Source: Lytechinus pictus (taxonomy: Eukaryota). Taken from it: DNA of 64,000 bases. The translations under genes were made by a program, and so were the position numbers. The DNA is taken from contig NC_087247.1 of assembly GCF_037042905.1 (NCBI RefSeq), positions 5,952,001-6,016,000 on the forward strand. The letters run 5' to 3'. The notes below the pieces were generated by a model that saw only the letters and a program-made list of their open reading frames with translations, ran no database searches and was not told where the DNA came from. Within the stretch, counting starts at the first letter, position 1. The number at the start of each line of letters is the position of its first letter. Shown here piece by piece: positions 36,365 through 50,550 of the stretch.

Positions 36365-36930
36365 TTGATGGACAGAATATTGGAAGGATGGATTAAAGGA
36401 TGAATGACTTGATGGATGGAAAAGTGGGTGGGTGGACGGACGGTACGTGGGTGGGTGGGTGGATGGAAGAAAGGGAGGATAGATGGGTGGGATGAATGTT
36501 TTGACAGATGGATATTAGGCTGGATAGAACGGTCGGTGGGTGGATGAATGGATGGAGGGTTGGTTGGACAGATAGATGGGTGAATTGATGGTTGGAAGGG
36601 AGGGAGGATAGATATGTGGGATGAATACAGTAGTAAGTTGGATAGAACGGTGAGTGGATGGATGGAGGGCTGGATTAAAGGGTTGGTTGGACAGATGGAT
36701 GGTGGATGGAAGGAGGATAGATGTGTGGGATGAATGGCAAGATGGATAGAACGGCGAGTGGATGGATGGGTGGAAGCATCAATGGATGGATTGATGGATG
36801 GAGGATTGGATTAAAGGGTTGGTTGGACAGATGGATGAGTGAATTGATGGACGGATGGATAGATTGATGGGTGAATGAATGGATGGATAGGTGGAGGAAT
36901 GAATTGAAGGAAAGACGAGTTAATGAATGC
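36365..36930. repeat. Degenerate (TGGA)n simple repeat
   Basis: Direct reading. Confidence 0.9.
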
Positions 36931-36985
36931 ATTAAAAAAATTATGCATATTCCCCATACATTCATATACACTGGAAACTGTTTAA

Positions 36986-37868
36986 CCCTATCAAGGCTGG
37001 GATATTTTGGGAGAACATATGGCTGGGGTGAGAGGCCTCACAGACCCCCCCCTTGAGATCTCCGCTGTCAACCGCACAATCGCACTATAAAATTGGCACA
37101 CAGGTTGTCTGGGACATAACCTATTAAGTTGTATAGTAATTCAATTTATGCAAATTGCTATTAATTGGTTGTACATGTACTAAGTATGTGTAATTAGTAA
37201 GCAAAATCACACTTTTTTAACTCCCTAAATACTAAATAAAGCTCCAAATGTTCAAATTTTTGTGCAGAAATTCTTTGTGGTGTTCTCAGCTAATGTACAT
37301 GAAAAAAATTGCGATATCAGATCAATTTCTTATGTATTATATTGGGGTTTTTTTTTTCAATTTCTTTTGTATTTATTTTTTTAGACCTTTTGTTTTCCAT
37401 TTTTTTTATGAACCTTGTTGGGGACTCTTTCGAGATCATAAACTGCATAAAATAAATCCATTCAGACCAGCAAAACTAAAAAAAATCATACATTTATGAT
37501 TTTTGGTTGAAAACACAACTGACTTGCACTTACATCTACAAAATGTTGTGTTATTTGGGAACTGCGTACCTGGACGTCACTAGCCTATAATCTAGGCGGA
37601 GGCTGCAGTTATTGTCGTTGCTGTTACGCTGAACGCAAGCAATAAGTCTGATGTGGCACAATTCGTAGCTTGTATTCAGTATAAGAGCAAAGAATAACTG
37701 CAGCCTCCACCTAGATTATAGGCCAGGACGTCACAAATTTGGTCTTAAAAGATGCGCAAGAATTGAAAGAATAAAGTCTGTGAGCGACGCGGTCAAAAAA
37801 ATTTGTTTGGCGAAAATATTGCGCAAATCGTTGAGGCCCTCCCCACCCCCCTCCCGGCCTAGATAGGG
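36986..37868. mobile_element. piggyBac-like non-autonomous element
   Basis: TTAA-CCCTATC...GATAGGG-TTAA. Confidence 0.8.
37581..37725. mobile_element. 145-bp hairpin mini-transposon with 9-bp TSD, nested in the piggyBac-like element
   Basis: TAGCCTATAATCTAGG...CCTAGATTATAGGCCA, with TSD GGACGTCAC at 37572-37580 and 37726-37734. Confidence 0.88.
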
Positions 37869-40167
37869 TTAATGCTGAGTAAATTTAGGTCATTAAAAAA
37901 ATTATTTTACATTAATATATTCAGAATTTTGTGCCATCAATGACAGTAAAATCTAATCAACCAAGTAGACAGTAATACATCAAGGAAAGGGAAATATATT
38001 CCCCTAAATCAAAAAGGGTCAATTTTTTTGACATGTTTTTAGCGAAATAACTAGGTGGGAATGTTTAAATCAATCTGTCATGTGCAAAATTGTACTTTTT
38101 AGATATTAAGTTGGTGTCCTTTTTCTGATTCATTCAGGACTGCTGTCACAGTCAGTCACATGAACACACACACACATAATACAAACGATAATACAAAAAC
38201 TATTTCATCAAATACAACTTTAGAATTCTGGTAAAGACAAGCTTGGTAACAATAAACGAAAAATGTGCAATTTATACAAAGTGTTTTTTTATTAAGAAAA
38301 TCTACCATACTCTACATAAATATTCAACATTCATAAGTGACATGAAAGTGAGCGTGAGACATTTCCTGTTCTCTCCACAAACTTTCAAAATTACATGATT
38401 TGCTTTCAATACACATTACCTTTCGATGATATGGAAAATATGATGAATTGAGTCCTAATAAATACAATGGCTCTAAGTTTGAGTTTTTATTACCAGTTAC
38501 AATTAAAGAAATCACCTGAAAACTGTAAAAAGTAACCAGGGTGAGGGTCGAATGTTTTTTGCGTTTTTTTTTTCTTTCACGAGAGACTATCTTCACATCT
38601 GTGGGGATCAGGGGAGTGTTTCATAAAACATCTGAATTCAATCTGAGCCAATCAGAGGCAAGGATTTCATTTGCTTATAAGTAGTCAGTTAAAATCACAA
38701 ATGCCCAAATTCACAAAGGTGGTTTTTAAAACCATCGGTTTAACCCATGGTTTATGCAGATTTCCTGTATAAATTACACTTATTTACCGCGTACATTAAA
38801 AAATGTCCAGTGCTGATGCGCGCTTTTGTCACAGTGCGTCAAATTGACGCCTGTTGCCATGGTTAAGTACGCTATTTTATTCATTAGTCCACTGTTTTGA
38901 ATTAATGAGTCCACCCTTTAAAAAAAAAAACACCTTTAAAAACCACCATTTTTTATTCGGGCCATACTGTTTGCTTCATGAAATGTTCCAGAGATTGATA
39001 CCAAATCAAAGGATTGGCCTTTATTATTGCATCCTATAATAATAGACTAACAGGCAAGCAATACTTGTTTATGGTCATATCTGGGCTACTTTTTCTGTGG
39101 TTATTTTGATAGATTTTCATTTAGATGAAATTAATTCAATTAATCTACATGTAGGACACATGGCAATGATCATTTTACAGAATATTCTGAACATGGTTCA
39201 GGGACAGAGATCATAAAAATCCATTCCAAAATTATCTTCTTCTTTTTATAGATACAAAGATCATTCAATTGTCCAAAAAAATGTAGTTCATGGATACTCA
39301 AAAGATTCAGTTTTAGTTTATGGGCGGCACTTTAAATTTACAGCAATTTACAGCAAATGTTTTCTTTTTGTTTGTTTGTGTGCTTGCTTGCTTTATCAGT
39401 TAGCCAACATCATTGTACATGTACACACACATTTGTTCTTTGTTGAACATTGTGTAATTAAATACAAGAAAAATTGAAAAATATAAATGCATATTCTTCA
39501 AAACTTGTATGCCAACATGCAATCTAAACTCTACAGTAATATACATGAGAACTAGAAATAGTATCATTAATTCAAGCTCATTCCTTTCTTCTTGCCTCAA
39601 CTATCTGCGAAATATATATATCTCTTTTATAAAATACAAATAGAAGTAACATACAAATTGTATACTAATAGATAGGTACCTTTATATATACATACATTTT
39701 CAATAATGCAAACGATTACTGACCGAGCTGTCTATTCACATTTGCTCACACTTGCCATTTACAACCAAAGTATTTTGTGTTTTCTTCTTCTTCATTCACA
39801 AAATAAAAAAAGGCCATTATTCAATTTAACTAAAAGGGTTGAGCAAATTTTTTTAGTCCTGACTCCTGAAGTGTATTTCTAGTCAACTACTTTTTGTGTG
39901 AGAATAAGAATAATCTGTCGGGTCATGCATGAGTGTACAAACAAAATTGTCCCTATTCATAGTAAACAATCTGAGATTTTTGTATTAACCTTACTATCAT
40001 ACATAAATTTGTCAATCAATAAGTACAGGAACACTTCAACTAAGTTATTTTGCTCAAAAAACCTTAGTTGAAAGTTGTATTCAATTTGGGGGAAATGCAC
40101 TACAACATATGTATTTAAATCTTGTTTATACAATCAAAGTGAAATAATTATAAAGAAATTAAACTAA

Positions 40168-40570
40168 AGCCCGGCTCACACTATGCGATTCCTTGCGATC
40201 CGAATTTCAAAGAAAATGGTGATAACATTTGATATGGACATTCCAAAAAATAAAATTGCACAGGTCAGCGTTCAGAATAGTGGTAGGACTACTGAAATCA
40301 AAATTCAGTCCAGTTTGAGCCTCCCTGAATGAATAAAAACGAATTCAATCCAAATTGTAATGACGTCATCATCAGCTGCGACTGGAAGCCGATTTGGACT
40401 TTACTCCGACCACAGGGCTTGCTGCAAAGAAAACATATGATTTCAGTATTCCTAACATTATGCCAAGCTTTAAATAAAATAATTTTACTTCTTGGAACTG
40501 TCATATTTGATACAAAGTGTGATTTCTTGAAAAATCGTGTCGCAACGAATCGCATAGTGTGAGCCGGGCT
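40168..40570. mobile_element. PIF/Harbinger-like MITE
   Basis: TIR AGCCCGGCTCACACTATGCGATT, flanked by TAA and TGA. Confidence 0.85.
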
Positions 40571-40948
40571 TGATGTATAATAAGAATCATCCATGTGTAC
40601 ATGTAGCTCCTTGGCAAGTTACAAGACAAATTACATCATGGCAGTAGGGGTCTTTCCAATCAACAGTACAAACAAGGGTCGGTTGTGTTTGAAAGAAGGT
40701 GGGGAGAGAGAAAGAGAAAGGGATAGAGAGGAGGAGATAAAGAGGAATCTTGTCAGTAGCTATCTTTTTAAAATTGTTACAGGATTTTTTTTTAGATTTA
40801 AATATTATTACGCAGAGATGACCTCTATTGACCATTTAGTAGACCCTGGTGTGGCCTTGTTTCATACTGTGATGCCCATAGCCTCCCTCTGTGAATTATT
40901 CCTCCCGCCACTTTGATGGTTTATAGAATTATTGTAGCCCTCCTAGTT

Positions 40949-43900
40949 TCAGACCAGTGTGTCCCCTCTTGTAACCTGTTAAATGCAAAATGAAAAAAAA
41001 AATAGTAGCTTCTCACATACAAGTATGACATGAAAAAAAAATCAAACTTTAAATATTGTGCTGTTTTTGCTAGGTTTTCATTAAAATGTTTCTCTCATTA
41101 TTCTGTTTTTTAGTGAGGTTGACTTTGGGCGAATTTCAGGCCAGGGAATCCAACCTAAACATTATTTTGTTGTATGAATTGGTAATACCATTGCCATGTA
41201 AGGTAGTAGGATTACTCCTCCATTTGCTCCAATGCTTAACAAATGAATAAATTGAATAAATCTTTCACAAGTTTTACTCATACAGTGTAATGATTGCTTT
41301 TCTGTGATACAAATAACAATACACATGCCAGTGGCAGATCCAAGCCAGGTTTCATATACATGTAATAACATCTCACGGTCTTTATTTCAAGTTCACAATA
41401 CATGTAGTCGGCTCATCAAAACAATATGTCTAATCCAACTGGATCTGTCCCTGTATGATCTCTACTGTACATCCTGTAAATCCTGAAAAAGTCTGTGATG
41501 GGAGGAAGCCAGGGACTGAAATCAGCCTAAAACTAAAGAATGAAATCTCTTATTTTAGCATCTATCAATGTCATATTTTGATTACCGCTCATATACAGTA
41601 TGTATTAGGAGAAGGTGTTGGGACAAAACCACAAATTCCTTATACCGGTAATTGAATACACTGCAAATAATGGGAAAGTCTTGCTACTTTTCTTCGTCTC
41701 ACAATTTACTCCTATTCCTATTTCAAACAGTCATGACTTTCTTATTCCTTCTTATATTCCTTTCAAACTTTCTGTTATTTCCTTATATTTCTCATTTCAT
41801 CCATATTATCAAACATCACATATCCCTTCAATTTTGGATTCTATTTCAAAAGCGAACACATGTAGAAAATTGGGGCTATACAATTATGAGTGCAATAATT
41901 ATTACCTGTGAGATGTATTTTGAAGTATACTAATACATGTAGTTGATTGATGAAAGAATTACAAAATGCTCTCAAAATGAGTATTTCATAATAAAGAGAG
42001 TAATACTTGGATTTATGAAAATAAAAAATAAAAAGATTCAATTTCTCTTTTTTTTGGTAGTGAGAATTCATTACAAGAAGAGGAGGAAGATGGAGAAGGA
42101 GCAGGAGGATAAGATGAAGAAGGCACAAGAAGGAGAAAAAGATTAAAAAAAGCGAGAGAAGGAAACAGAGAAGAGGTATAGCTGTCAATGAATGTCATAC
42201 TTACTCTAGCTTCAAGATACTCTATCCTTCTCTCCAGTCCTGTCAATTTTTCATTCAGAACAGCTAGTCTTGATCTACATGATGTATCTGAAATGAAAAA
42301 AAAGATAATGTGGATATGAATACCTTGATTAGACAAAGTTAGAATTCATCTACAATTTCTGACACTGATACATGTAAGAAAGCACTGAATGTAACATGGC
42401 AATTTAGTTGATGTAACTTTACTATAAATGTAATATTACTTATTCATCTGCCTTCTTGATACACGTAATAGCCCTTCGGCCTCCAGAAGTATCTCAGAAA
42501 AGATGAAGCCACCATCACTCAGCATGCTCAGGAATAGCATGACACGTGCAATTTCTTAAAGGGATGGTCCGGGCTGAAAATATTTATATCTTAATACATA
42601 CATGTAGAGTAGAATTCACTGAGCAAAATGCCAAAAATTTCATCAAACTCAGATAACAAATAATAAAGTTATTGAAGTTTAAAGTTAAGCAATATTTTGT
42701 GAAAACAGTCATCATGAATATTCATTAGGTGGGCTGATGATGTCACATCTCCACTTTCCGTTTTCTTATGTTATTACATAAAATCATAATTTTTTTTTAT
42801 TTCATACTTGTGTGAATAATACATGTATGTCTCCTTATGATGAAATAAGTTGCAGCAATAAATATATAATGCACTAAATCAGTTGTCAATTCAATTTTTC
42901 TAGTTTTTGGAGGAAAAAATTTGAATAAAACTAATTTCATATAATAAAATACAAAAGAACAAGTGGGGATGTGACATCATCAGCCCACCTACTGAATATT
43001 CATGAAGACTGCTTTCACAAAATATTGCTAAACTTTAAAATTCAATAACTTTGTTATTTGTTATCCGATTTTGATGAAATTTTTTGGCATTTTGCTCAGT
43101 GAATTCTACTCTATTTATTAAGCTATAAATACTTTCAGCCCGGACCATCCCTTTAAGCTTCCTTGAAACATATTCAAACAATACATGGGCAAAATCACAC
43201 ACACATTGCATTGGTCAGATTACGCACCGTAGAGGACACGCACATGTAGGCCTACCACACATCTCTCTCATGTCAGTGCCCTAAGCGACGAAGGCATTTA
43301 AATTAAGCATGACTCCAATTCACACTAAACTCTTTGTGAAATAACTCTGTAATTAACCTCACAAAAATTAAATACGAAATTAGAAATAATTGCACATCAC
43401 TGTCGACATATGCTGACTTGTTGTTATTTTGGGCTTAAGGCGCGTACCAATCAGATGCAAATATTTATGCCAACAACATCTTGTTATTGTTTTTGCCTGT
43501 TTTGCCAAAAATTCTTGTCTCTTCTAGTCTTCTTTAAAGTTTAATGACAGACTCACAAAAGAGTTTTATGTAAGATTTGGGGACATTTTATCTGGCCCCC
43601 TGGTAGAGGATTTGAATTATTCTTCTATAAAATATGAACTATCTTCTAGTCAAAAACAGAGTGTTGTGTTATGTTGATACATAAACCAAACAAAGATGAA
43701 TTTTTTTGGAGAGTTATCAACCTATTTCATTGATCAATGATGATGTAAAAATATGCTCTAAAGTTTTTCAACACATTTACAAAAAGTAATACATTTGATT
43801 ATCGATCCAGTTCAACAAGCTTATATTAAAGGTAGAAATATTGCAGAGGAAATTTGAAATGTACATGATATGTTTTATTACCTTAATACATTGTATCAAT

Positions 43901-46900
43901 TGACTTTAAGAAAGCTTTTGATTCAATTGATCACAATTTTATTTTTAAAGCGGGTCAAAACAATTTATCAAAACATTGAGGGATGTGTGCTTAATCGTGG
44001 TCATTCTACAGGTTATTTCCCTATATCCAGATGTGTAAGGCAGGGGGATCCATTATCTCAGTACCTTTTTTCTGATTGCCTTCAACAATTTAGCTGCACA
44101 TATAAGAAATAAATAAGAGATTACACAAGTTAGTTTTGGATCATATGAATCAAAACTCTCAATGTATGCCGGTGACTTTTGTGCATTTTGTTCAAATTAG
44201 GCTATAATTCAGTTAGTCTTGCTTGAAATATCAAGACAATTTGAGAGTTGTTCCAGCCGGACGTTTAACAAAGAAAAGGTCTACACAAATACTAAAACTA
44301 GATGTTCATTGTATCAATGGCGTCAGCACACTAGAAAATATAAAAGTCATTGGAACAGATGTTGGGTATGATGCTGAAGACCTCCAAGAGAAAAAAAATT
44401 CAACTTTAAAGGTCTATTGTTATCCACAAAACAGGAATTAAATATGTGGAAACAACAAAATTTAACCTTGTTTGGTAAAATCCAAATTATCAAGTCATTC
44501 ATATATTTCTTTTTTCATCAATCACTTTACCCCGCTAAGTAGTGAAAGAGATTGAAACCATTTTTTTACGAATTTTTGTGGGAAGGGAAAGATAAAATCA
44601 GGAGAAATGCGCTTATTCAACAAATTGAAGAGGGCAGACTCGAAATGGTAGATGATATCAGAAATTTCTGCTTAGCAGCTAATGTGGATTTGACGATTGA
44701 AAAGTGGAAGCAACCAAGCTTGGTTTAATATTTTAAAATTTTATACACGGAAAGCTGGCAGTAGATTTCTCCTTGACTGTAATTTTGAAAGTAATGTATT
44801 ACATTCACAGCTACATGTACATTGTTTTTATCATTGTTTTTATATTTCTGTATTGGAAGACTGGCAATTGATCTGTTCCTCAACATTCTAAGATTCAACT
44901 CAACAAAAGAATCATTTTTTTCTCAACACCTATTTGATATTAAGGGGGTTATAACGAGGCATCACATTATGTCATCAGATGCCTCTTTAAAACGTTATGA
45001 CTTGAAATAACAGAAAGGAAAAGGGATCAAAATGTTATTCAATTTCAGGTAGATGAAATTAATTTTCTAAAAGACGATATTGTAATGCCCAATCCTTTCA
45101 GAGAAGTTCTTTTCGATTAAAGGGTAAGTACAGATTAAGCGATTTTGTATTATTCAAGGCTCCACATTAACTTTTTTTGGTGGTGGCCCGTTCGGGCCAC
45201 CAAAACCATCAAATAATTTTTTTTGGTGGCCCGATATTAAAGTTTGGTGGCCCGAAAAATATAAAGACAAACATTAAAAATGAATAAAACAAATTTCTGA
45301 AATATTAATTCTGCAGCCACTACCACTAAGTTACTTTCACTTTATACATCTTGTATGTAAACCTTGTTTGCTGTTATTTTACTTTGCTAATTGATAATTG
45401 TTTCTATCGTCGTAAAAATGAAATGATTGAAAGTGAATAAATGAATTGTATTGTTCGCAGGTTGTGTGGACTTTTTTTAAATCTCTGTATAGAGATAATG
45501 GTAAAGTAAATAAATAGTTCATAGCAAACTCAGATAGATGTACAAAACAATGGTTTTTCCTTCCTTCCACTTTGAATCCTAAAACCTAGATTATGCATGC
45601 CCCAAATCCAGTTTATTTCTGTTTTCTCTTTTGCAGCATATTATAGAAGGAGAAAATCACAGAAAAATATGCTGCAAAATTAGAATAATGCATGAAAGGG
45701 GGAAACAAACGAAAATAATTTTCAAAAAGTATATAACAAAAAGAAAACAAAAATAATAAAAGAAATTAGTGAAATAAAACAAAAGAAAGAAAATGAAGAA
45801 AGAAAAAAACAAAGAACAGGGAAAAAAAGATAAAAAAGAAAAGAAAAAAATCAGAGAGAAAAAAGAAAAGAAAATGAAAGAAAAGAAAAATTAATAAAAC
45901 AAAGTTAATATAAAAATGGGGAAAAGGGGAAAATTAAGAAGCCATTACATATATTTTTTAACAGCTGTGGCAACAGTCTATTCTGACTGGAATATAATTA
46001 AAATCCAAGCAAATAATTTTCACTTGCCTTTTGGGAATGGCACATTTCTATTTTTATATCAGGCATATTCAATAGGAAGGAGTATAAATGGTTTAACCAC
46101 TGTCAAAAAAAAAGGAGAAAAAAAAAGAAAACGGCAAAAACTATATCTGGAAAAAAAGTGTGAGAAAAGTCCTTCCCTATATTTGCCAAAATGTTGGGAA
46201 AAAAAATCACATTTCATGTCAATGAAATGCCTTCCCAAAGTATTTGCTTTCTCAAGAGTAGTTTAAGAAGTCATTTATAAACAAGAAAGAAAGAAACTGT
46301 CTGTTTGTTTAAGGCTAGAAAATACACAGCTTCGAAAGAAACCAAGTATCAACATACATACAAATGCACACGTGGGACTGTGATGTACTTGCCTATGTGT
46401 TTTTATGTGTATTAATTCATGTGGAAATCTGTCTTTTTGAGTCAAAAGAGAGGTCATAATTCCTCTTCTTAATACTTGCAAATAATCAGGGTACACCAGA
46501 TTTTCGTAATAAAGACTGTAGAATTGCATTTCATTGGTGTAAAAGGTGACTTTGACTTAGATTTTCAAAGTTCTGTGGAAGATTTCTCAGCAGCAACATT
46601 TTTTATCGCAGCTCCCTGAGTCTGAATAGGCTGAGCTAGATCTAGAGCACAGCTGTATGCAGTGGCTTCATGCAAAGCTCACGCCAGCCGGCCGGCGTGG
46701 CTGGCTGGATAATAGCTACTGTATGCTATAGCTGTAGGCCTAATATGCAAACTTTGTGTGTGTGTATTTGTGTGTAGATCAACAAAAAGGGCGCATGACG
46801 AACTGGCTTGCAATTTGAGCTGTAGAAAGTTGATAAATGCGTGCAAAATTGGGAGAAAAATTGCGCTACTTTGAAAATTATTGGTTGCCCGATTCGGGCC

Positions 46901-48513
46901 ACCAAAACTTAACATTTTATCAATAATGGTTGCCCGAGGTGAATTTTTGGTGGCCACCGCTAATGTCGAGCCTTGTATTATTTAAAGTTAGAAAAATAAC
47001 ATTAAATACATGTACATCCATTGATACAAGAACTAGAGAATTTCAGTTTAAAGTCCTAAATAATCTATATTTTTTTAATTATAACTTGTTTAAAATGAAA
47101 ATAGAAGATTCGCCAGAATGCTCTTTGGGATGTCTAAAGATTATGAAACTTTAGAGCAGGCACTATGGCATTATAGCTACAATGTACATGTACGTACAAA
47201 CATTTTGGAACGAATTTATCAATGTTTGATTTTCTACTCTGAACGAACAGACCATAATTGTAGGATTTCTAGAAAAAGATAAAGAATCATATCTTACTTA
47301 TTCTTGCAAAAAGATGTATTTACACAAGTATAAATAGTAATAAGCCAAGCATTTTATTTTAAAAGAATTTTATTTTCTTTGTATGCATATTGCTAAATCT
47401 CCATCAAAGAAAATGGAAATGTGTTATGCCATTATTTACTTCTAGTCACTGCCTAAAACGATTGGGATTTATTTTTGTTTAGTTTAGTTTATACCGCTAT
47501 TATATTTTCCGCATACATTCGTATTCCGAAGGTTCGTATTTCCGAAGGTTCGTAATTCCGAAGGTTCGTTAGTCTGAAAACGAAATGAGGTTCGTAATTC
47601 CGAAGGTTCGTTAGTCCGAAAACTAATGATTAACGAGCCTTATTTCGTTTTCGGACTAACGAACCTTATTTCGTTTTCGGATTATCGAACCTTCCGAATA
47701 ACGCCACAAATGTTCGGATTAACGAACCCTTTTACGTTTTCGGATTAACGAACATCGAGGTATAGGCAATTTACGTGTTTCGGACTTACGAACCATCAGA
47801 ATAAAGAACCTTCGGAATTACGAACCTTCGTAATTACGAAGTGTAACCATATTTTCTTTACTTACCTTTTCTTATAATTATGCAACGTACCTGTACCTAT
47901 TTTTTGTATGCATTACTTCGTACAAACCAAAAATGCATGAATGTATCCTTATTGATTTATATTCATATTTGTATGTTTTATCGAAAGTATTGAAATATTA
48001 TCATTTGAGGCCGAAAGGCGAAATGTACAAAAATCAACTTGAAAATGAAATTCACCGTTACGTTACGCATATGATATGAATTGATCTAGAAACTAGAAGT
48101 AAAAATAGAATATAGAAAGAAGTGTTTGAAAATGTATTCATATATAATCTACCATGAATCACTTCTCTGAAATATAGCAATAATTTTTGTATTAATTGAA
48201 ACGTTGATACAGCCCGTTATCAAATTTAAGTTAAAATTAAAAGATTCGGTCGATTTCACCAGATGTGCAAACTAAATACAAATAGCACACAAAGAATCCT
48301 ACGAGTGGGGCAACACGAAGTCACTCCCATTTCCCACACACGCCCACACTTTTAATGATTTCATCACCAAAAAATACAATTAGACTCACCAAAAGAGTTG
48401 AGGAAATCTGCTATCTTTTTTATATTGGTTGTTATAATTTCGATGTACTCCCTGTTTGCCCAGTCCTCTTGAATTTGATTCCGGACAGTTGATTGAGGCA
48501 TTGATCGAGACAT
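40949..48513 (-). CDS. BRK1: BRICK1/HSPC300, WAVE complex subunit, 77 aa. Exons 48513-48390, 42287-42205, 40975-40949
   Basis: Spliced product [77 protein letters not shown]. Canonical splice sites. Confidence 0.95.
42560..43152. mobile_element. Kolobok-like MITE in BRK1 intron 1
   Basis: TIR AGGGATGGTCCGGGCTGAAA extending into long imperfect arms, with TTAA on both sides. Confidence 0.88.
43550..47400 (+). pseudogene. Decayed L1/Tx1-like LINE ORF2 in BRK1 intron 1, split by a TIR element
   Basis: Frameshifted remnants [42 protein letters not shown] and SMYAGD. After 46976: EFQFKVLNN...[14 protein letters not shown] (zf-RVT-like). Confidence 0.8.
45155..46975. mobile_element. 1.8-kb non-autonomous TIR element (hAT- or P-like, CA...TG ends)
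   Basis: TIR CAAGGCTC(C/G)ACATTA, a 7-bp direct repeat TATTATT on both sides, and subterminal GGTGGCCCG repeats. Confidence 0.85.
47510..47848. mobile_element. Foldback MITE made of TTCGTAATTCCGAAGG subrepeats
   Basis: Inverted arrays with an exact 8-bp TSD ATATTTTC (47502-47509, 47849-47856). Confidence 0.85.
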
Positions 48514-48699
48514 TTTGGAAAATGAGTGCCAATTTTGATGTCAACGCGCAGTGGTATTAATCGTAAAATCATATATTAAAACTGAATTTGCTCTTAAAAG
48601 GAGAATTAACAAATTATTGAAGAATAATTTTTATTTTATAGATATTTTAGTATATTTTATACTCGAAAAATTATTAATTGTTAGTTGTTAATGTTAATG

Positions 48700-49452
48700 T
48701 CATGGGTAAATCAGAAGAACTGTGTTTTGTTTTCCGTGAGTAGAGCTCGAAACTTCCGGGTTTCCTCCTTCTTCATGCGGACAAGCTTCGGGGAGAAATT
48801 CCGAAGAGCTTTGTCAAAGTGCATCAGCGCCAGCTCACGCTTCCGATCACCCATCCTTCATTTCTCGATTTTTGCGGCTGCTCGCTCACGCTCGACAGAC
48901 TCTATTGTCGCCTAAGCTATGACTGATAGAGGATGGACACAAACTTTAAGAGAGAGTCCTGATTGGCTAATATGAGGAGTAAATCGCATCAATATGTATC
49001 TGTTTTATTGAACCGTGATAATGCAGCCAGTGATTTGTAAATTTCTCTACTTGATCTCGAGGGTACTGACATTATTATCTACGGATTGTACATCGACGGA
49101 CACCCGAATTGGTCGGTTCACGTATCTTTCAGACACCCGCTGGATCGTTTTAGCAGCGGCGAACATACAAATTACAGTAGGTGTTTGAAACTTGCCTTTG
49201 GCGCTGAACTCCTCTTAACTCTTGTTGAGTTGATAAATCTCAGGCAAAATCTACACTGTTCTGCTTTTTTTTGCTTCTGCACTTCAATATCATCAAGTCG
49301 ATTTGAGAGACAAAGCTAGCTCATGGCCTGACTGCATTGACAATTCCAAGAAATGGAAATTGGAAGTGAACTGATGATGGATAAATAGCTCTAAGAAACT
49401 GAAAGGAGATATATATTTTCCATATTTTTTGTCAACCGGGCTTTATGTAAGT
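48700..49452. promoter_or_regulatory. Probable bidirectional promoter (BRK1 and an unidentified + strand gene) with a non-coding first exon
   Basis: CpG-rich island with ETS-like ACTTCCGG (48752) and CTTCCG (48840), an inverted CCAAT (48962), and a + strand donor GTAAGT at 49447. Confidence 0.5.
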
Positions 49453-50139
49453 ATGTGTTTGATTTACATGTAGTTCTTTATCTAAACTGATTAAATCAGT
49501 GATGTTATTGAACTTATTGTAAAACTTGGTTTTGTCTTGTTCTTTTTTGTTCTCTAAAAAAAATCTTGTAGACTACTTTTAATTTAAAGTCATGGGCCGC
49601 TTTTCACCATTTTATGATGGCAACATCAGGCCCACAGAACAATCTTTAAAAAAAAAAAAAAAAAAAAAACTTTTTGAAAAAATTGATTTTAGATGGACCT
49701 ACTTCAACTTTTTTTAGGAAGTGGAACAACTATATAGGGTCTAAAAACTTTTAGGAAGTGAAACAGTAAGGTTTATACAATAAAAAATATATATCACTAG
49801 GTAGGCCTGTACCAATAATGTGTTGGGGTTTTTTTTATTCAAGTATTAAAATCTTTGATTATCCACTTTCTTAGGTTTATCTTTAGGGGAAGAAATAAGT
49901 TGACCATTTATTATTACCCCCTAGTTGTACATGTATATCACAGTGAGGATGAAGAGGANNNNNNNNNNNNNNNNNNNNNNNNNNNNNNNNNNNNNNNNNN
50001 NNNNNNNNNNNNNNNNNNNNNNNNNNNNNNNNNNNNNNNNNNNNNNNNNNNNNNNNNNNNNNNNNNNNNNNNNNNNNNNNNNNNNNNNNNNNNNNNNNNN
50101 NNNNNNNNNNNNNNNNNNNNNNNNNNNNNNNNNNNNGTT

Positions 50140-50550
50140 GGCAATGGTAATGGTGATGATGATTATGATGATGTTGGTGATGGTGATGATTATTGCATTG
50201 ATTTATAATGATAATGATAATAATAATAATGATATTGATAAAAATAACTATAAAATTAATGATAACAGTAATCATAATTTTGATAATGATAATAATATTA
50301 GTAATTATCAAAACAATAATTGTGATTTGTGATAATGATAGTGATAATAATGATAAAATGACAATTATAAATAATTTATGATGATATAATAATGATAACT
50401 AACAACAATATCTGATAATAATGATGGTCACAATAATTATAATAGAAAAAATATTTATTATAATTACAGTTATAATTCATTAATGAAAGATAATTATGGT
50501 AACATTTGGAAAATGATTATGATGATGTAGATAATTCAATGATAATATTG
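50140..50550. repeat. (TAA/TGA)n low-complexity tract
   Basis: Direct reading. Adjacent to an N gap. Confidence 0.9.
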
